Origin: an uncultured Gemmatimonadales bacterium
Lineage (GTDB): Bacteria > Gemmatimonadota > Gemmatimonadetes > Longimicrobiales > RSA9
Direction of reading: 5' to 3'
DNA: 64,000 nucleotides
Assembly (NCBI GenBank): GCA_963741945.1
Contig: CAVUKA010000001.1
Span: forward strand, 128,001-192,000
Position 1 is the first letter of the stretch. The number at the start of each line of letters is the position of its first letter. Under the pieces are notes generated by a model that was not told the DNA's origin, made no database searches, and saw nothing but the letters and a program-made list of their open reading frames with translations. Position numbers and translations under genes: made by a program. Of the stretch, positions 1 through 11,613 are shown one piece after another.

Positions 1-204
1 ATCGCCATCGGCGCCTGCCTGGCACTCTTTTTCGCCAGCCTCGCCACCAACCCCGACGGCTCGCCCCGCTTTCCGGTGGACCTCAACCTCTTCCTCTTCG
101 GCCGATCCATGGCCGTGGCGATCCTGGTGGGAATCCTGTCCGCCATCCTCCCGGCACGCCGCGCCGCCCGCATGGACCCCGCGACGGTCATCCGCAATGG
201 CTGA
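1..204 (+). CDS. ABC transporter permease, FtsX/LolE-like C-terminus (5' partial)
   Basis: Frame 1 reads ...ILSAILPARRAARMDPATVIRNG*, the typical MacB/LolE permease C-terminus; overlaps the start of the downstream ATPase. Confidence 0.85.
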   Translation: MAIGACLALFFASLATNPDGSPRFPVDLNLFLFGRSMAVAILVGILSAILPARRAARMDPATVIRNG

Positions 205-922
205 TCCCGCCTCCCCCCTTCTCCAGGCCCGAGGGGTCGCCATGGTGTACGGCGAGCGAATCCTGACGCCCGTCCTGAAGGGGATCGACCTGGACCTCCG
301 CGCCGGCGAGTTCTGCGCCCTCACCGGACCCTCGGGCTCGGGCAAGACCACGCTCCTGAACCTCATCGGCCTGCTGGCCCGGCCCACGGGCGGACGGATC
401 GCCCTCGACGGCCATGACACCGGCCACCTGGACGACGACGCGCGCACCCGCCTGCGCACCCGGCTTCTCGGCTTCGTGTTCCAGTTCCACCATCTGCTGT
501 CGGCGTTCACGGCGGCGGAGAACGTCATGATGCCGCTGCTCTCGCGACACGGGCGCAGGCAGTCCTGGATGCGACGGCGGGCGCTGGAGCTTCTCGGGCA
601 GGTGGGGCTCACGGACCGGGCCGACTACCGGGTCATCGACCTTTCGGGAGGACAGCAGCAGCGCGTGGCCGTGGCCCGGGCCCTCGTCATGGACCCACCG
701 CTGGTCCTGGCCGACGAGCCCACCGGGAACCTGGACACCGAGGCCGGTCGCCAGGTGATCCGCCTGCTGCGCTCCTTCAACGAGCGCCAGGGAACGGCTT
801 TCCTCATCGTCACCCACGACGATCACATTGCCCGCCACTGCGAACGGGTGGTGCACATGGTGGACGGCCGGGTCGATTCGGACACTCGCAACGGTGCCGC
901 CGTTCCACACCCATCGGGCTGA
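197..922 (+). CDS. ABC transporter ATP-binding protein (LolD/MacB-like)
   Basis: Walker A GPSGSGKTT, signature LSGGQQQR, LADEPTGNLD, H-loop VTHD. Confidence 0.95.
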   Translation: MADPASPLLQARGVAMVYGERILTPVLKGIDLDLRAGEFCALTGPSGSGKTTLLNLIGLLARPTGGRIALDGHDTGHLDDDARTRLRTRLLGFVFQFHHLLSAFTAAENVMMPLLSRHGRRQSWMRRRALELLGQVGLTDRADYRVIDLSGGQQQRVAVARALVMDPPLVLADEPTGNLDTEAGRQVIRLLRSFNERQGTAFLIVTHDDHIARHCERVVHMVDGRVDSDTRNGAAVPHPSG

Positions 923-967
923 CTCACACGGCCTCACGCCATAGCGCCGGATGCCGACTGCGGGCCG

Positions 968-1576
968 TCATGCGAAGTACAGCGCCCCGGTGACCAGCAG
1001 ATACATCCCCAGCCCGGCGAGCACGACCGCCGAGATGCCCAGCAGCGCGCGCCGGGCACGCGAACTCAGGAAGCGTGCAGTGCCGGCGAGCATGACGAAC
1101 GCGGCCGTCGTCGCGACCAGCACGCCATAGAAGGTGACCAGCAGGGCGATTCCTTCGGCGGGGCGTCGGTGCCACGCCGTCAGCAACGCGGGTCCGAGGA
1201 TGAACGCCCAGCCCAGGTAGGCGTTGGGATTGAGCAGGTTCACCAGCACGGCCTGGAGGAGCGTCCGCGGCGCCGAGCCGGACGCATCGGGCTCGGCCTC
1301 GCTGCGCGTCTCACGAAACGCGGTCCACGCGAGGTAGACCAGCAGGACGCCACCGGCCATCCGCAGCCCCTGTTGCGCCCGGGGCGAGAGCTGGCCCACG
1401 ACCAGCAGCACCCCCACCGCTATGGGCCCATCGCTGAGCAGTGGCGCCAGCGCCGCCGGCAGCGTCCGCTTCCACCCCGTCGCAAACGTGCGGGAAAGCA
1501 GGAACGCCTGGAGCGGGCCCGGCTGGAGCCCGGCCGCGAACGCGTAGCCGCCCGCGAAAAGGATGGACTGGAGCAT
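968..1576 (-). CDS. LysE family translocator
   Basis: From ATG at 1576: AAGLQPGPL, PLLSDGP and NLLNPNAY motifs, about 6 hydrophobic helices. Confidence 0.85.
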   Translation of the reverse strand: MLQSILFAGGYAFAAGLQPGPLQAFLLSRTFATGWKRTLPAALAPLLSDGPIAVGVLLVVGQLSPRAQQGLRMAGGVLLVYLAWTAFRETRSEAEPDASGSAPRTLLQAVLVNLLNPNAYLGWAFILGPALLTAWHRRPAEGIALLVTFYGVLVATTAAFVMLAGTARFLSSRARRALLGISAVVLAGLGMYLLVTGALYFA

Positions 1577-1702
1577 GGCGGAGTATAGCGCGTGCCCGCC
1601 GCTCGCGCGGCTGCCCGCGGGCGGGACGGCAGCCCGGTCGACGGGGCGCCCCCCGGAGGTTAATCTCTCCGCTCGGCGAAGGGGCAGAACACGGGGGGAG
1701 AC

Positions 1703-2062
1703 ATGGAGAAGCGGACGACGAAGGACCTGGTCGACGACCTTATGGCCCGAGCGGGGGAGGAGGGCGTCCTGCGGGCCGGGCTCGTGGTGGGCTTCGAGGA
1801 TCGGACGGAGACCGTCTGGTCCACCGACACGCACGCACTGCGCACGTTGAACGGGCTGCTGAGAGAAGGCGGGATCCCGGTGGGGCTCGCCCGGTTCGAG
1901 AACGGTGGACTCGAGGTGAACACGCTCCCCGAGTTCGAGGGAGTGGAGTGGGCGGAGCGGTACCTGGTGAGCATCGCCCGGGAGATCATGCAGGGGCTGG
2001 CGCTGCACCTGGGCGTCGACTACGAGCAGGCGCAGGCGCCCGGGGAGGGGCCGCGATCCTGA
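1703..2062 (+). CDS. hypothetical protein, 119 aa
   Basis: GGGGAG RBS before ATG; globular-type composition and GC3-rich codons. Confidence 0.7.
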   Translation: MEKRTTKDLVDDLMARAGEEGVLRAGLVVGFEDRTETVWSTDTHALRTLNGLLREGGIPVGLARFENGGLEVNTLPEFEGVEWAERYLVSIAREIMQGLALHLGVDYEQAQAPGEGPRS

Positions 2063-2325
2063 GCGAGGTCAGAGCGTTGTCTCCCCACGGGAGACCGCGC
2101 GCCGGACGAATCGGTGGTCACGTCTTGACCCACCGGCACCACTCCCCGCATCGTGCAGCAACGATCTGAAAGGGGGGTTGAATTTCTGGTCCGATCTCTT
2201 GCCGCGCCCGTGTCCCCATTCCGGTGCGCAGCCGCTCGCGGGAGGTCTGACCGTTCAATCCTCATCGTGGACTCGATCTTCGCGCTCGTGGTTCGGCGAG
2301 CGAGGTGCCCCTGACGAAGCATGCG

Positions 2326-2345
2326 CTGAATGAGCGCTCGTTCAG
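2326..2345. promoter_or_regulatory. palindromic operator CTGAATGAGCGCTCGTTCAG upstream of fadB
   Basis: 20-bp palindrome with one mismatched pair, ending about 10 bp before the fadB RBS; resembles the B. subtilis FadR/YsiA (TetR) box TGAATGAnnnnTCATTCA. Confidence 0.6.
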
Positions 2346-2364
2346 TTGCGAAACGGAGGTTCCC

Positions 2365-4608
2365 ATGACGTTCGAAGGGCAGTCGATACAGTGTACTGCG
2401 CTCGATGGAGGGATCACGGAGATGCGGTTCGATCTCCAGGGCGATTCCGTCAACAAGTTCAACCGTGCCACTCTGGACGAGCTCCGTGAGGTGGTGGCGC
2501 TCCTCGATGCCGACAGGGACGTCCGGGGCCTTCTGGTCACGAGTGGCAAGGACGGCTTCATCGTCGGCGCCGACGTCACCGAGTTCACCGAGTATTTCAG
2601 CTACAGCGAAGAGGAGCTGATCGATTATCTGCTCGACGTGCACCGGGTGTTTTCGACCGTCGAGGATTTCGATTTCCCGTCCGTGACGGCGATCAACGGA
2701 TTCGCGCTCGGCGGCGGCCTCGAGTTCGCGCTGACCACGAGCTATCGCGTGATGTCGTCGATGGCGAAGATCGGCGTTCCCGAGACGAAGCTGGGGATCT
2801 TTCCCGGCTTTGGAGGGACCGTGCGACTCTCCCGTCTCGCCGGCGCTGACAACGCCATCGAATGGATCGCCGGTGGCAGTCAGTACGACGCCGCAACCGC
2901 ACTGAAGACCGGCGTCGTCGACGCGGTCGTCGCCCCCGAGAAGCTGCGGGATGGCGCGCTGGACCTGCTCGAGCAGGCAATGGCGGGCCGGAGGGACTGG
3001 AAAGCGCGCAGAACCGAGAAGGTCTCGCCGCTCAAGCTCAACCTGACCGAGAGCATGATGGCGTTCGAGACCGCGAAGGGTTTCGTCGCCGGCAAGGCGG
3101 GGCGGAACTATCCGTCGCCGGTGGCCGCGATCAAGGCGATCCAGCAGGGCGCGACGATGGAGCGGGACGACGCGCTGAGCGTCGAGGCGAAGGGCTTCGC
3201 CCGCATGGCGAAGACGCCCACCGCCGCCAACCTGGTCACGATCTTCCTCGGCGATCAGTACGTGAACAAGGTGGCGAAGACCCTGGCGAAGACGGCTCCG
3301 AAGGTGGAGTCGGCCGCGGTGCTCGGCGCGGGGATCATGGGCGGCGGGATCGCCTACCAGTCGGCGTCGAAGGGCGTTCCCATCGTGATGAAGGACATCG
3401 CCGAGAAGGCGCTGGACCTCGGCATGTCCGAGGCGCGCAAGCTCCTGGGGAAGCAGCTCGCGCGTGGAAAGATCACCCCGGACGAGATGGCGGACACCCT
3501 GACGCGGATCCGCCCGACGCTCGCCTTCGGCGACTTCGCCGACGTGGACATCGTCGTGGAAGCGGTGGTGGAAAACGAGAAGATCAAGAAGTCGGTCCTG
3601 GTCGAGGTCGAGGAGGAGGTGAAGGAGGACGCCATCCTGGCCAGCAACACCTCGACGATCTCGATCACGCGGCTCGGCGAGGGGCTGAAGCGGCCGGGGA
3701 ACTTCTGCGGCATGCACTTCTTCAACCCGGTCCACAGGATGCCGCTGGTGGAAGTCATCCGTGGCGAGGCGTCGAGTGAGCGGGCGGTGGCCACCACGGT
3801 CGGCTACGCGCTGGCGATGGGGAAGACGCCGATCGTCGTGAACGACTGTCCGGGGTTCCTGGTGAACCGCGTCCTCTTCCCCTACTTCACCGGCTTCATG
3901 AAGCTGGTGAACGAGGGCGTCGACTTCCTCAGGATCGACGCGGTGATGGAGAAGTTCGGCTGGCCGATGGGGCCCGCCTACCTGCTGGACGTGGTGGGCA
4001 TCGACACGGCGCACCACGCCAACGCGGTCATGGCCGAAGGATACCCCGACCGCATGGCGACGTCGGACCGGAGCGCCATCGACGTCATGTTCGAAGCGGA
4101 GCGCTTCGGACAGAAGAACGGCAAGGGCTTCTACGCCTACGTCCCGGACAGGAAGGGCAAGCCCACGAAGACCGTCGATCCCGAGGCGCAGGCGCTCCTC
4201 GAGCCGCTGGTCCAGACCGACAACAGCGCCTCGATCAGCGAGCAGGACATCATCGACCGCATGATGCTCCCGCTCCTCATCGAATGCTCCCGCTGCCTCG
4301 AGGATGGGATCGTCCGCACGCCGATCGAAGTCGACATCGCCCTGGTCTACGGGCTCGGATTCCCGCCGTTCCGCGGCGGCCCTTTCCGGTACGCCGACTC
4401 CGTCGGTCTGCCCGCCCTCGTGGAGACGGCCGGCAGGTACGAATCGCTTGGAAAGCTCTATGAGCCCACCGCGCAGATGGTGCGGCTCGCCGAGCGGGAC
4501 GGGCAGTTCCACGAGCCCGGCCACGCCTCCGGCCGGGGATCCGATGAACAGCAGCGAGAGGCCGCGGAGGTCGCCGAGCTCGCGGGAACCGTCAAGGAAG
4601 AGAGGTAA
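2365..4608 (+). CDS. fadB: fatty acid oxidation complex subunit alpha (enoyl-CoA hydratase / 3-hydroxyacyl-CoA dehydrogenase)
   Basis: GGAGG RBS and ATG at 2365; [42 protein letters not shown]. Confidence 0.95.
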   Translation: MTFEGQSIQCTALDGGITEMRFDLQGDSVNKFNRATLDELREVVALLDADRDVRGLLVTSGKDGFIVGADVTEFTEYFSYSEEELIDYLLDVHRVFSTVEDFDFPSVTAINGFALGGGLEFALTTSYRVMSSMAKIGVPETKLGIFPGFGGTVRLSRLAGADNAIEWIAGGSQYDAATALKTGVVDAVVAPEKLRDGALDLLEQAMAGRRDWKARRTEKVSPLKLNLTESMMAFETAKGFVAGKAGRNYPSPVAAIKAIQQGATMERDDALSVEAKGFARMAKTPTAANLVTIFLGDQYVNKVAKTLAKTAPKVESAAVLGAGIMGGGIAYQSASKGVPIVMKDIAEKALDLGMSEARKLLGKQLARGKITPDEMADTLTRIRPTLAFGDFADVDIVVEAVVENEKIKKSVLVEVEEEVKEDAILASNTSTISITRLGEGLKRPGNFCGMHFFNPVHRMPLVEVIRGEASSERAVATTVGYALAMGKTPIVVNDCPGFLVNRVLFPYFTGFMKLVNEGVDFLRIDAVMEKFGWPMGPAYLLDVVGIDTAHHANAVMAEGYPDRMATSDRSAIDVMFEAERFGQKNGKGFYAYVPDRKGKPTKTVDPEAQALLEPLVQTDNSASISEQDIIDRMMLPLLIECSRCLEDGIVRTPIEVDIALVYGLGFPPFRGGPFRYADSVGLPALVETAGRYESLGKLYEPTAQMVRLAERDGQFHEPGHASGRGSDEQQREAAEVAELAGTVKEER

Positions 4609-5775
<1,167 letters not shown>

Positions 5776-5811
5776 CGACCGGGCCCACTGAACGAATTCA
5801 CTCGAGGGAAC

Positions 5812-7629
5812 ATGGCTCAGATTCTCGTTGACCGAAGAGATGTGGACTTCGTCCTCCACGAACAGCTGGAGGTCGAGAAGCTCGCCGAACACGAGCGCTT
5901 CGCCGAATTCAACCGGAAGGTGGTCGACCTGGTCATCTCCGAGGCGAGGACGCTCGCCGTGAAGGAGATCCTCCCCACGCAGACCGATGGCGACCGCATT
6001 GGCGCCCGGTTCGACAGCGGCAAGGTGACCGTCCCCGAGTCGTTCCACGGCGCGTGGTCGGCACTGAGAGAGGGGGAGTGGCTGGCGCTGACGGAGGACC
6101 TGGAGTGGGGTGGTCAGGGGATGCCCCGGTCGGTGGCGTCGGCCGCGACGAACTTCCTTCACGCCGCGAACTTCCCCTTCCTGATGTACGGGGGCCTCAG
6201 CCACGGCGCCGGGAAGCTCATCGAGACGTTCGGGACCGAGGAGCAGAAGAAGCTCTTCGTCAAGAAGCTGTACACCGGAGAGTGGACCGGCACCATGCTG
6301 CTGACCGAGCCGCAGGCGGGGTCGGACGTGGGCGCGCTCGAGACCACGGCCACGCCGAACGGCGACGGGACCTATTCGATCGTCGGGAACAAGATCTTCG
6401 CGTCGTCGGGAGAGCACGACCTGGTGGACAACATCATCCATCCCGTGCTCGCGCGCATCGAGGGCGCGCCCGCTGGCACTGCTGGCATCTCGCTTTTCAT
6501 CGTCCCGAAGCTCTGGGTGAACGAAGACGGCAGCCTGGGCGAGCCGAACGACGTGGTCTGCACGGGCATCGAAGAGAAGATGGGGATCCACGGCAACGCC
6601 ACGGCCTCCCTGTCGCTGGGGAGCAAGGGGCAGTGCCGGGGCATGCTGCTGGGCGAGCCGAACAAGGGCATGCGCTCGATGTTCCTCATGATGAACGACG
6701 CCCGGCTGATGGTGGGCGACCAGGCACTCGGCGCCGCCAGCGCCTCGTACATGTTCTCCCTCGATTACGCCCGCACGCGCATCCAGGGGCGGGACCTCCG
6801 CCAGATGAGGGACAAGGAAGCCCCGGGCGTGCCGATCATCCGGCACCCGGACGTGCGCAGGATGCTGATGCTCATGAAAGTGTACGTGGAGGGGCTGCGG
6901 AGCCTCTCGCTCTACATCGCCCACTGCTTCGACCGGATGGCGATCGCCAATGATCCGGACGAGCAGACCCGGCTCCAGGGCATCGTCGACTTCCTGATCC
7001 CCATCGCCAAGGGCTACACCACCGAGCGGAGTGTGGACGTGTGCGACCTCGGGGTCCAGGTGTACGGCGGGTACGGCTACATCAAGGAGTATCCGGTGGA
7101 GCAGCTGCTGCGCGACTCCCGGATCACGCCCATCTACGAGGGGACCAACGGCATCCAGGCCATGGACCTGCTCTTCCGCAAGCTCGGCCAGAATGGTGGG
7201 CGGCCGATCCTCGATATCGCCGAGGAGATCCGCGACGTCATCGCGGACGCCGCCGAAGTGGAGGGGACGGCCGCCATGGCCGACACCATCGAAAAGGCCC
7301 TGATCCGTCTCGAAGAGGTGGCCCGGCACCTGGGGCAGACGGCCATGTTCGGCGAGCTCCCCGTGGCGGCGGCGCACGCCCACCCGTTCCTCGAGGTCTG
7401 CGGCGACATCATTGTCGGCTGGATGCTGCTGTGGCGCGCCCGCATCGCGGCGGAAGCGCTCGCCGCGGGAGCGAAGCGGAAGGATGCAGCGTTCTACGAG
7501 GGCCAGATCTGGAGCGCCGAGTTCTACACGCAGAACATGCTCCCGGTCACCCTCGGGAAGATGGACGTGATCCTGTCGGGCAGCAGCGTGGTGGTCGACA
7601 TCCCCGAGGACGCGTTCGCGGCCCGGTAA
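5812..7629 (+). CDS. acyl-CoA dehydrogenase (about 600-aa type)
   Basis: LTEPQAGSDVG, EEKMGIHG, GVQVYGGYGY, IYEGTNGIQA. Confidence 0.95.
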   Translation: MAQILVDRRDVDFVLHEQLEVEKLAEHERFAEFNRKVVDLVISEARTLAVKEILPTQTDGDRIGARFDSGKVTVPESFHGAWSALREGEWLALTEDLEWGGQGMPRSVASAATNFLHAANFPFLMYGGLSHGAGKLIETFGTEEQKKLFVKKLYTGEWTGTMLLTEPQAGSDVGALETTATPNGDGTYSIVGNKIFASSGEHDLVDNIIHPVLARIEGAPAGTAGISLFIVPKLWVNEDGSLGEPNDVVCTGIEEKMGIHGNATASLSLGSKGQCRGMLLGEPNKGMRSMFLMMNDARLMVGDQALGAASASYMFSLDYARTRIQGRDLRQMRDKEAPGVPIIRHPDVRRMLMLMKVYVEGLRSLSLYIAHCFDRMAIANDPDEQTRLQGIVDFLIPIAKGYTTERSVDVCDLGVQVYGGYGYIKEYPVEQLLRDSRITPIYEGTNGIQAMDLLFRKLGQNGGRPILDIAEEIRDVIADAAEVEGTAAMADTIEKALIRLEEVARHLGQTAMFGELPVAAAHAHPFLEVCGDIIVGWMLLWRARIAAEALAAGAKRKDAAFYEGQIWSAEFYTQNMLPVTLGKMDVILSGSSVVVDIPEDAFAAR

Positions 7630-7645
7630 GGATCCGAAGGAGGAC

Positions 7646-9706
7646 GTGATGGGCCAGATGCCGTTTTCTCCGGCGGCCGCGACGATCGCCGGCATCCCGG
7701 GGTACGTGCTGTTCCTGCTGATCGCGCTGGTGGCGATCGGCATCTTCGCCTGGGTGATCGCGCGCCGCGCGGTGCCGCTGCGCCGCGGCGCGCCAGACCC
7801 GCGCCTCCGTCGAATCCCCGAGCGGGTCGGGAGGGTGGTGAAGTACTGGCTCGGGCAGTGGCGGCACCCGCGCTACCCCCTTGCCGGGGTGCTTCACATC
7901 ATCGTGTTCTTCGGGTTCCTGGTCCTGCTGATACGGTCGACGGAGCTCGTGCTCCTGGGGATCTTCCCGGGATTCGGAATGCCGGGGCTCGGCGGAGGTC
8001 TCGGCGGCGCCTATGATGTCGTGAAGGACTACGCCTCGACTGCGGTCTTCGTAGCGGTCGTGATCCTCGCGATCCGTCGTGGCTTCTTCAGGCCCGCCCG
8101 CTATGCCGTTCCCGAGAAGCTGGGGAAGGATCACACCGCGGAGGCGCTGCTGGTTCTGGGCTTGATCGCGATCCTCATGATCTCCGAGAGCCTCTTCGAG
8201 GCCAGCCTGCTCGCTGCCGATCCGGAAGCCGCCCGCGCCCCCGTGCTGACTCTGGCGTGGGCCTTCGGGCTGCTGCTGTCCGGCACGGCAGTCCCGACCC
8301 TGGCCTCGCTCAACCTGGCGGCGTACACGGTCCACGACCTGACGTTCTTCTCGTTCCTCTGCATTCTCCCGTTCGGGAAGCACTTCCACGTCATCACCTC
8401 GATCTTCAACGTCTTCTTCATGCGGCTGGAGACCGGCACCGTGAAGCCGGTGCGCCACGGCGTCCCGGACGCGGCGCTCGATGACCTCGAGTCGTTCGGT
8501 GTCAAGCGGTTCGAGGACTTCACGTGGAAGCACATGCTGGACTTCTACAGCTGTGTGGACTGCGGCCGCTGCTCCGACCACTGCCCCGCCACCCGGGTGG
8601 GCCGCCCGCTTTCTCCCCGGTTCATCAGCATCAAGGCCCGTGACTACGCGTTCGATCACTACCCGGTGCTCGGCAGCTCCGGGGCGGAGCCGGCACCGCT
8701 GGTCGGCGGCATCTACAGCGAGGACGAGATCCTGTCGTGCACCACCTGCGGCGCGTGCGAGCAGGAGTGCCCGGTGGCCATCGAGTACATCGACAAGATC
8801 GTGGATCTACGCCGCGGCATGGTGGATGACGGCAATGTTCAGCAGTCGTTCCAGAAGCCGCTGGCCTCCCTCCAGAAACGGGGCAATCCGTGGGGCAAGC
8901 TCGAGAGGAAGCGCGCGGAGTGGGTGGACGGAGTCGGCGACGGGGCGGCACTCAAGCTCGTCGAGAACGGGGACACGGCCGGGACGCTGTACTTCGTCGA
9001 CAGCATCACCTCGTATGATGATCGGATGCAGAAGATCGCGCAGGCCACGGCGCGCGTCCTCGCCAGGGGAAACATCGACTTCGTCGTGATCGGCAAGGAC
9101 GAGAAGGACAGCGGCAACGACGTGCGGCGTTTCGGCGAGGAGATGCTGTTCCAGATCCTGAAGGAAGAGAACACCGAGTCGATCCGTGCATCCGGGGCGC
9201 AGGACATCGTCGTGAACGACCCGCACACGCTGAACACGCTGCGCCACGACTACGAGGATATGCCCCGGGTCCGGCACGTCAGCGAGCTGATCGCCGACGC
9301 GGTGGGAAGTGGGCGGCTGAAGCTGAAGCCGATCGCGGGGTCGTCGAAGACCTACACGTATCACGATCCCTGCTACCTCGGTCGCCACAATGGCACCTAC
9401 GATGCCCCGCGGCAGGCGATCGACGGCATTCCGGGGCTGAAGCGCGTCGAGATGGAGGGCAACTGCCGCGACCGCTCCTTCTGCTGTGGGGGTGGCGGCC
9501 TGATGCTCTTCTACGAGCCGCAGGAGGATCAGCGGATGGGCGTGGTCCGGGTCGAGCAGGCCCGGGCGGCGGGCGCCGACGTGATCGTCACCGCCTGCCC
9601 GTACTGCCTGACGAACATCGAGGACGCCATCAAGGTGGCCGGCCTGGAGGGCGAGATGGAGGCCCTCGACCTGGTCGAGCTGATCGATGGGCAGCTTGAG
9701 AACTGA
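7646..9706 (+). CDS. membrane-bound Fe-S oxidoreductase, FadF / ETF:(methyl)menaquinone oxidoreductase-like
   Basis: N-terminal TM helices with His residues; CVDCGRC...CP and CTTCGAC...CP; C-terminal CCG domain (YHDPC, FCCGGGG, TACPYC); lies between the acyl-CoA dehydrogenase and etfBA. Confidence 0.9.
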   Translation: MMGQMPFSPAAATIAGIPGYVLFLLIALVAIGIFAWVIARRAVPLRRGAPDPRLRRIPERVGRVVKYWLGQWRHPRYPLAGVLHIIVFFGFLVLLIRSTELVLLGIFPGFGMPGLGGGLGGAYDVVKDYASTAVFVAVVILAIRRGFFRPARYAVPEKLGKDHTAEALLVLGLIAILMISESLFEASLLAADPEAARAPVLTLAWAFGLLLSGTAVPTLASLNLAAYTVHDLTFFSFLCILPFGKHFHVITSIFNVFFMRLETGTVKPVRHGVPDAALDDLESFGVKRFEDFTWKHMLDFYSCVDCGRCSDHCPATRVGRPLSPRFISIKARDYAFDHYPVLGSSGAEPAPLVGGIYSEDEILSCTTCGACEQECPVAIEYIDKIVDLRRGMVDDGNVQQSFQKPLASLQKRGNPWGKLERKRAEWVDGVGDGAALKLVENGDTAGTLYFVDSITSYDDRMQKIAQATARVLARGNIDFVVIGKDEKDSGNDVRRFGEEMLFQILKEENTESIRASGAQDIVVNDPHTLNTLRHDYEDMPRVRHVSELIADAVGSGRLKLKPIAGSSKTYTYHDPCYLGRHNGTYDAPRQAIDGIPGLKRVEMEGNCRDRSFCCGGGGLMLFYEPQEDQRMGVVRVEQARAAGADVIVTACPYCLTNIEDAIKVAGLEGEMEALDLVELIDGQLEN

Positions 9707-9725
9707 TCGATCCGAGAGGAGCGAC

Positions 9726-10517
9726 ATGGAGATTCTGGTGTGCGTGAAACGGGTCCCCGACCCGGCCGAGAACGAGGTCAGGGTCGGCCCGGACGGCCGG
9801 GACATCGAGCGCGATGACCTCGTGTATTCGGTGAACGAGTGGGACAACTACGCGGTCGAGGAAGCCGTCCGCATCAGCGAAGACGTGGGAGGGACGGTGA
9901 CCATCGTCTCCGTCGATGACGACGAGGGCGAGGACGTCATCTACCGCGAGATGGCAATGGGGGCGTCCGAGGGGCTCCTGCTGAGCGACGCCGCGTTCGA
10001 GGGATCCGACGGTCTCGGCCTCGCGACCATCCTGGCCGCCGCCGCGCGAAAGGGATCGTACGACCTGATCCTGACCGGAGCACAGGCCGACGACGGTGCC
10101 GCGCAGGTGGGCGGGATGCTCGCCGCGCTGCTCGACCGGCCGTACGCCTCCGTGGTCAACCTCATCGAGACGGACGGCGAAGGGGCGCTCCGGATCGGTC
10201 GGGAGATCGAGGGCGGGAGCCAGGAGATCAGCGAGATCGAAACCCCGTGTGTGCTCTCGATCCAGACCGGCATCAACGAGCCGCGCTACGTCGGCATCCG
10301 GGGCATCCGCAAGGTGGCGTCCTATGAGATCCCGGTGATGGATGGCGGGGCGCTCGGAATCCCCGCCGAGAGCGTCGGTGCCGCGGGAGCGAAGGTCCGA
10401 CGCGTCGACTACTTCATTCCGGAGCAGGGAGCGGGCGCCGAGATGATCGAGGGGAGCATCGAGGAGATGGCCGACCGGATCGTCGACCTGCTGAAAGCCC
10501 AGGGAGGAATCCGATGA
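9726..10517 (+). CDS. etfB: electron transfer flavoprotein subunit beta
   Basis: MEILVCVKRVPD, NEWDNYAVEEA, INEPRY; GAGGAG RBS. Confidence 0.95.
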   Translation: MEILVCVKRVPDPAENEVRVGPDGRDIERDDLVYSVNEWDNYAVEEAVRISEDVGGTVTIVSVDDDEGEDVIYREMAMGASEGLLLSDAAFEGSDGLGLATILAAAARKGSYDLILTGAQADDGAAQVGGMLAALLDRPYASVVNLIETDGEGALRIGREIEGGSQEISEIETPCVLSIQTGINEPRYVGIRGIRKVASYEIPVMDGGALGIPAESVGAAGAKVRRVDYFIPEQGAGAEMIEGSIEEMADRIVDLLKAQGGIR

Positions 10518-11485
10518 TGGACGCTACCGTTTTCGTCTATGTCGCCCACGGTGAGGGCAGGATCGACGACTCCGCCCTGGAGCTCGTGACGGCCGCCCGG
10601 CAACTCTTCCCGGGGAGCCGTCCGACCGCCATCGTCGCCGGCTCCGGCGTCGACGCGGTTTCGGAGGAGGCGGCGCGCTCCTTCGCCGAAGTGTGGAAGC
10701 TCGACCGCGAGGCGCTGGCGTATCCGAACGCCGAGCTGCTGCGGCCGATCCTCGTGAAGCTGCTTCCCGCCGGATCGGTGGTGCTGCTGCCCCACACCAC
10801 GTTCGGGATCGATCTCGGACCCGGATTGTCCGTGAAGCTCGGGGCCGCATACGTGCCCGATGTCGTGGGTACGGGCGGGCTGGACGGGACAACGCTGAAA
10901 GTGGTGCGCCAGGAGTTCGCGGGGCAGGTCTCCGCGCACGTCCACGTCGACGTCGCCAGCGGTGCGGTGATCACCGTGCGCCCGGGCGCGTTCCCCGCCG
11001 CGGAGAGCGGAGCCGCGGCCGGAGAGGTCGTGGACCGGTCGGCGGACGCCGACGGCGTGGAGGCGCGGCGCAGATTCGTGGAAGTGGTCGAGGCCGAGAC
11101 CGGCGACGTCGACATCACCCGCGAGGAGGTGCTCGTGTCGGTCGGCCGCGGGATCGAAGACCAGGAGAACCTCGAGCTGGTCGAGGAGCTGAGCGACGCC
11201 ATGGGTGCCGCGATCTCCTGCTCCCGGCCCATCGTCGACGCGAAGTGGCTCGACCGGTCGCGGCAGGTCGGCACCTCGGGCAAGACCGTGAGCCCCAAAG
11301 TCTATCTCGCCCTCGGCATCAGCGGGTCGTTTCAGCACCTGGGCGGCATCAAGGGCAAACCCTGGATGCTGGCCGTCAACAAGAACCCGAAAGCGCCCAT
11401 CTTCCAGGCCGCGAACGTGGGCGTCGTGGCCGACCTGATGGACCTGCTGCCGGTGCTCACCGAGAAGATCAGGGAGAGCCGCTGA
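10514..11485 (+). CDS. etfA: electron transfer flavoprotein subunit alpha
   Basis: VSVGRGI, SRPIVD, QVGTSGKTV, GISGSFQH, AVNKNPKAPIF. Confidence 0.95.
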   Translation: MMDATVFVYVAHGEGRIDDSALELVTAARQLFPGSRPTAIVAGSGVDAVSEEAARSFAEVWKLDREALAYPNAELLRPILVKLLPAGSVVLLPHTTFGIDLGPGLSVKLGAAYVPDVVGTGGLDGTTLKVVRQEFAGQVSAHVHVDVASGAVITVRPGAFPAAESGAAAGEVVDRSADADGVEARRRFVEVVEAETGDVDITREEVLVSVGRGIEDQENLELVEELSDAMGAAISCSRPIVDAKWLDRSRQVGTSGKTVSPKVYLALGISGSFQHLGGIKGKPWMLAVNKNPKAPIFQAANVGVVADLMDLLPVLTEKIRESR

Positions 11486-11534
11486 AGCCGTCCGCGGCAG
11501 CACGCGGAGCGTAGCAGCCCGGCTGCCCCTACGA

Positions 11535-11570
11535 AACAGGGGCCCCCGCCTCGCCGCGGGGGCCCCTGTT
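11535..11570. terminator. probable bidirectional intrinsic terminator
   Basis: Perfect 15-bp stem AACAGGGGCCCCCGC / GCGGGGGCCCCTGTT with a 6-nt loop, between convergent etfA and fasciclin genes. Confidence 0.8.
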
Positions 11571-11613
11571 GCGTACGCCCGGGCGGATCCGCCCGCGGCA
11601 CACCATTCGGCGG

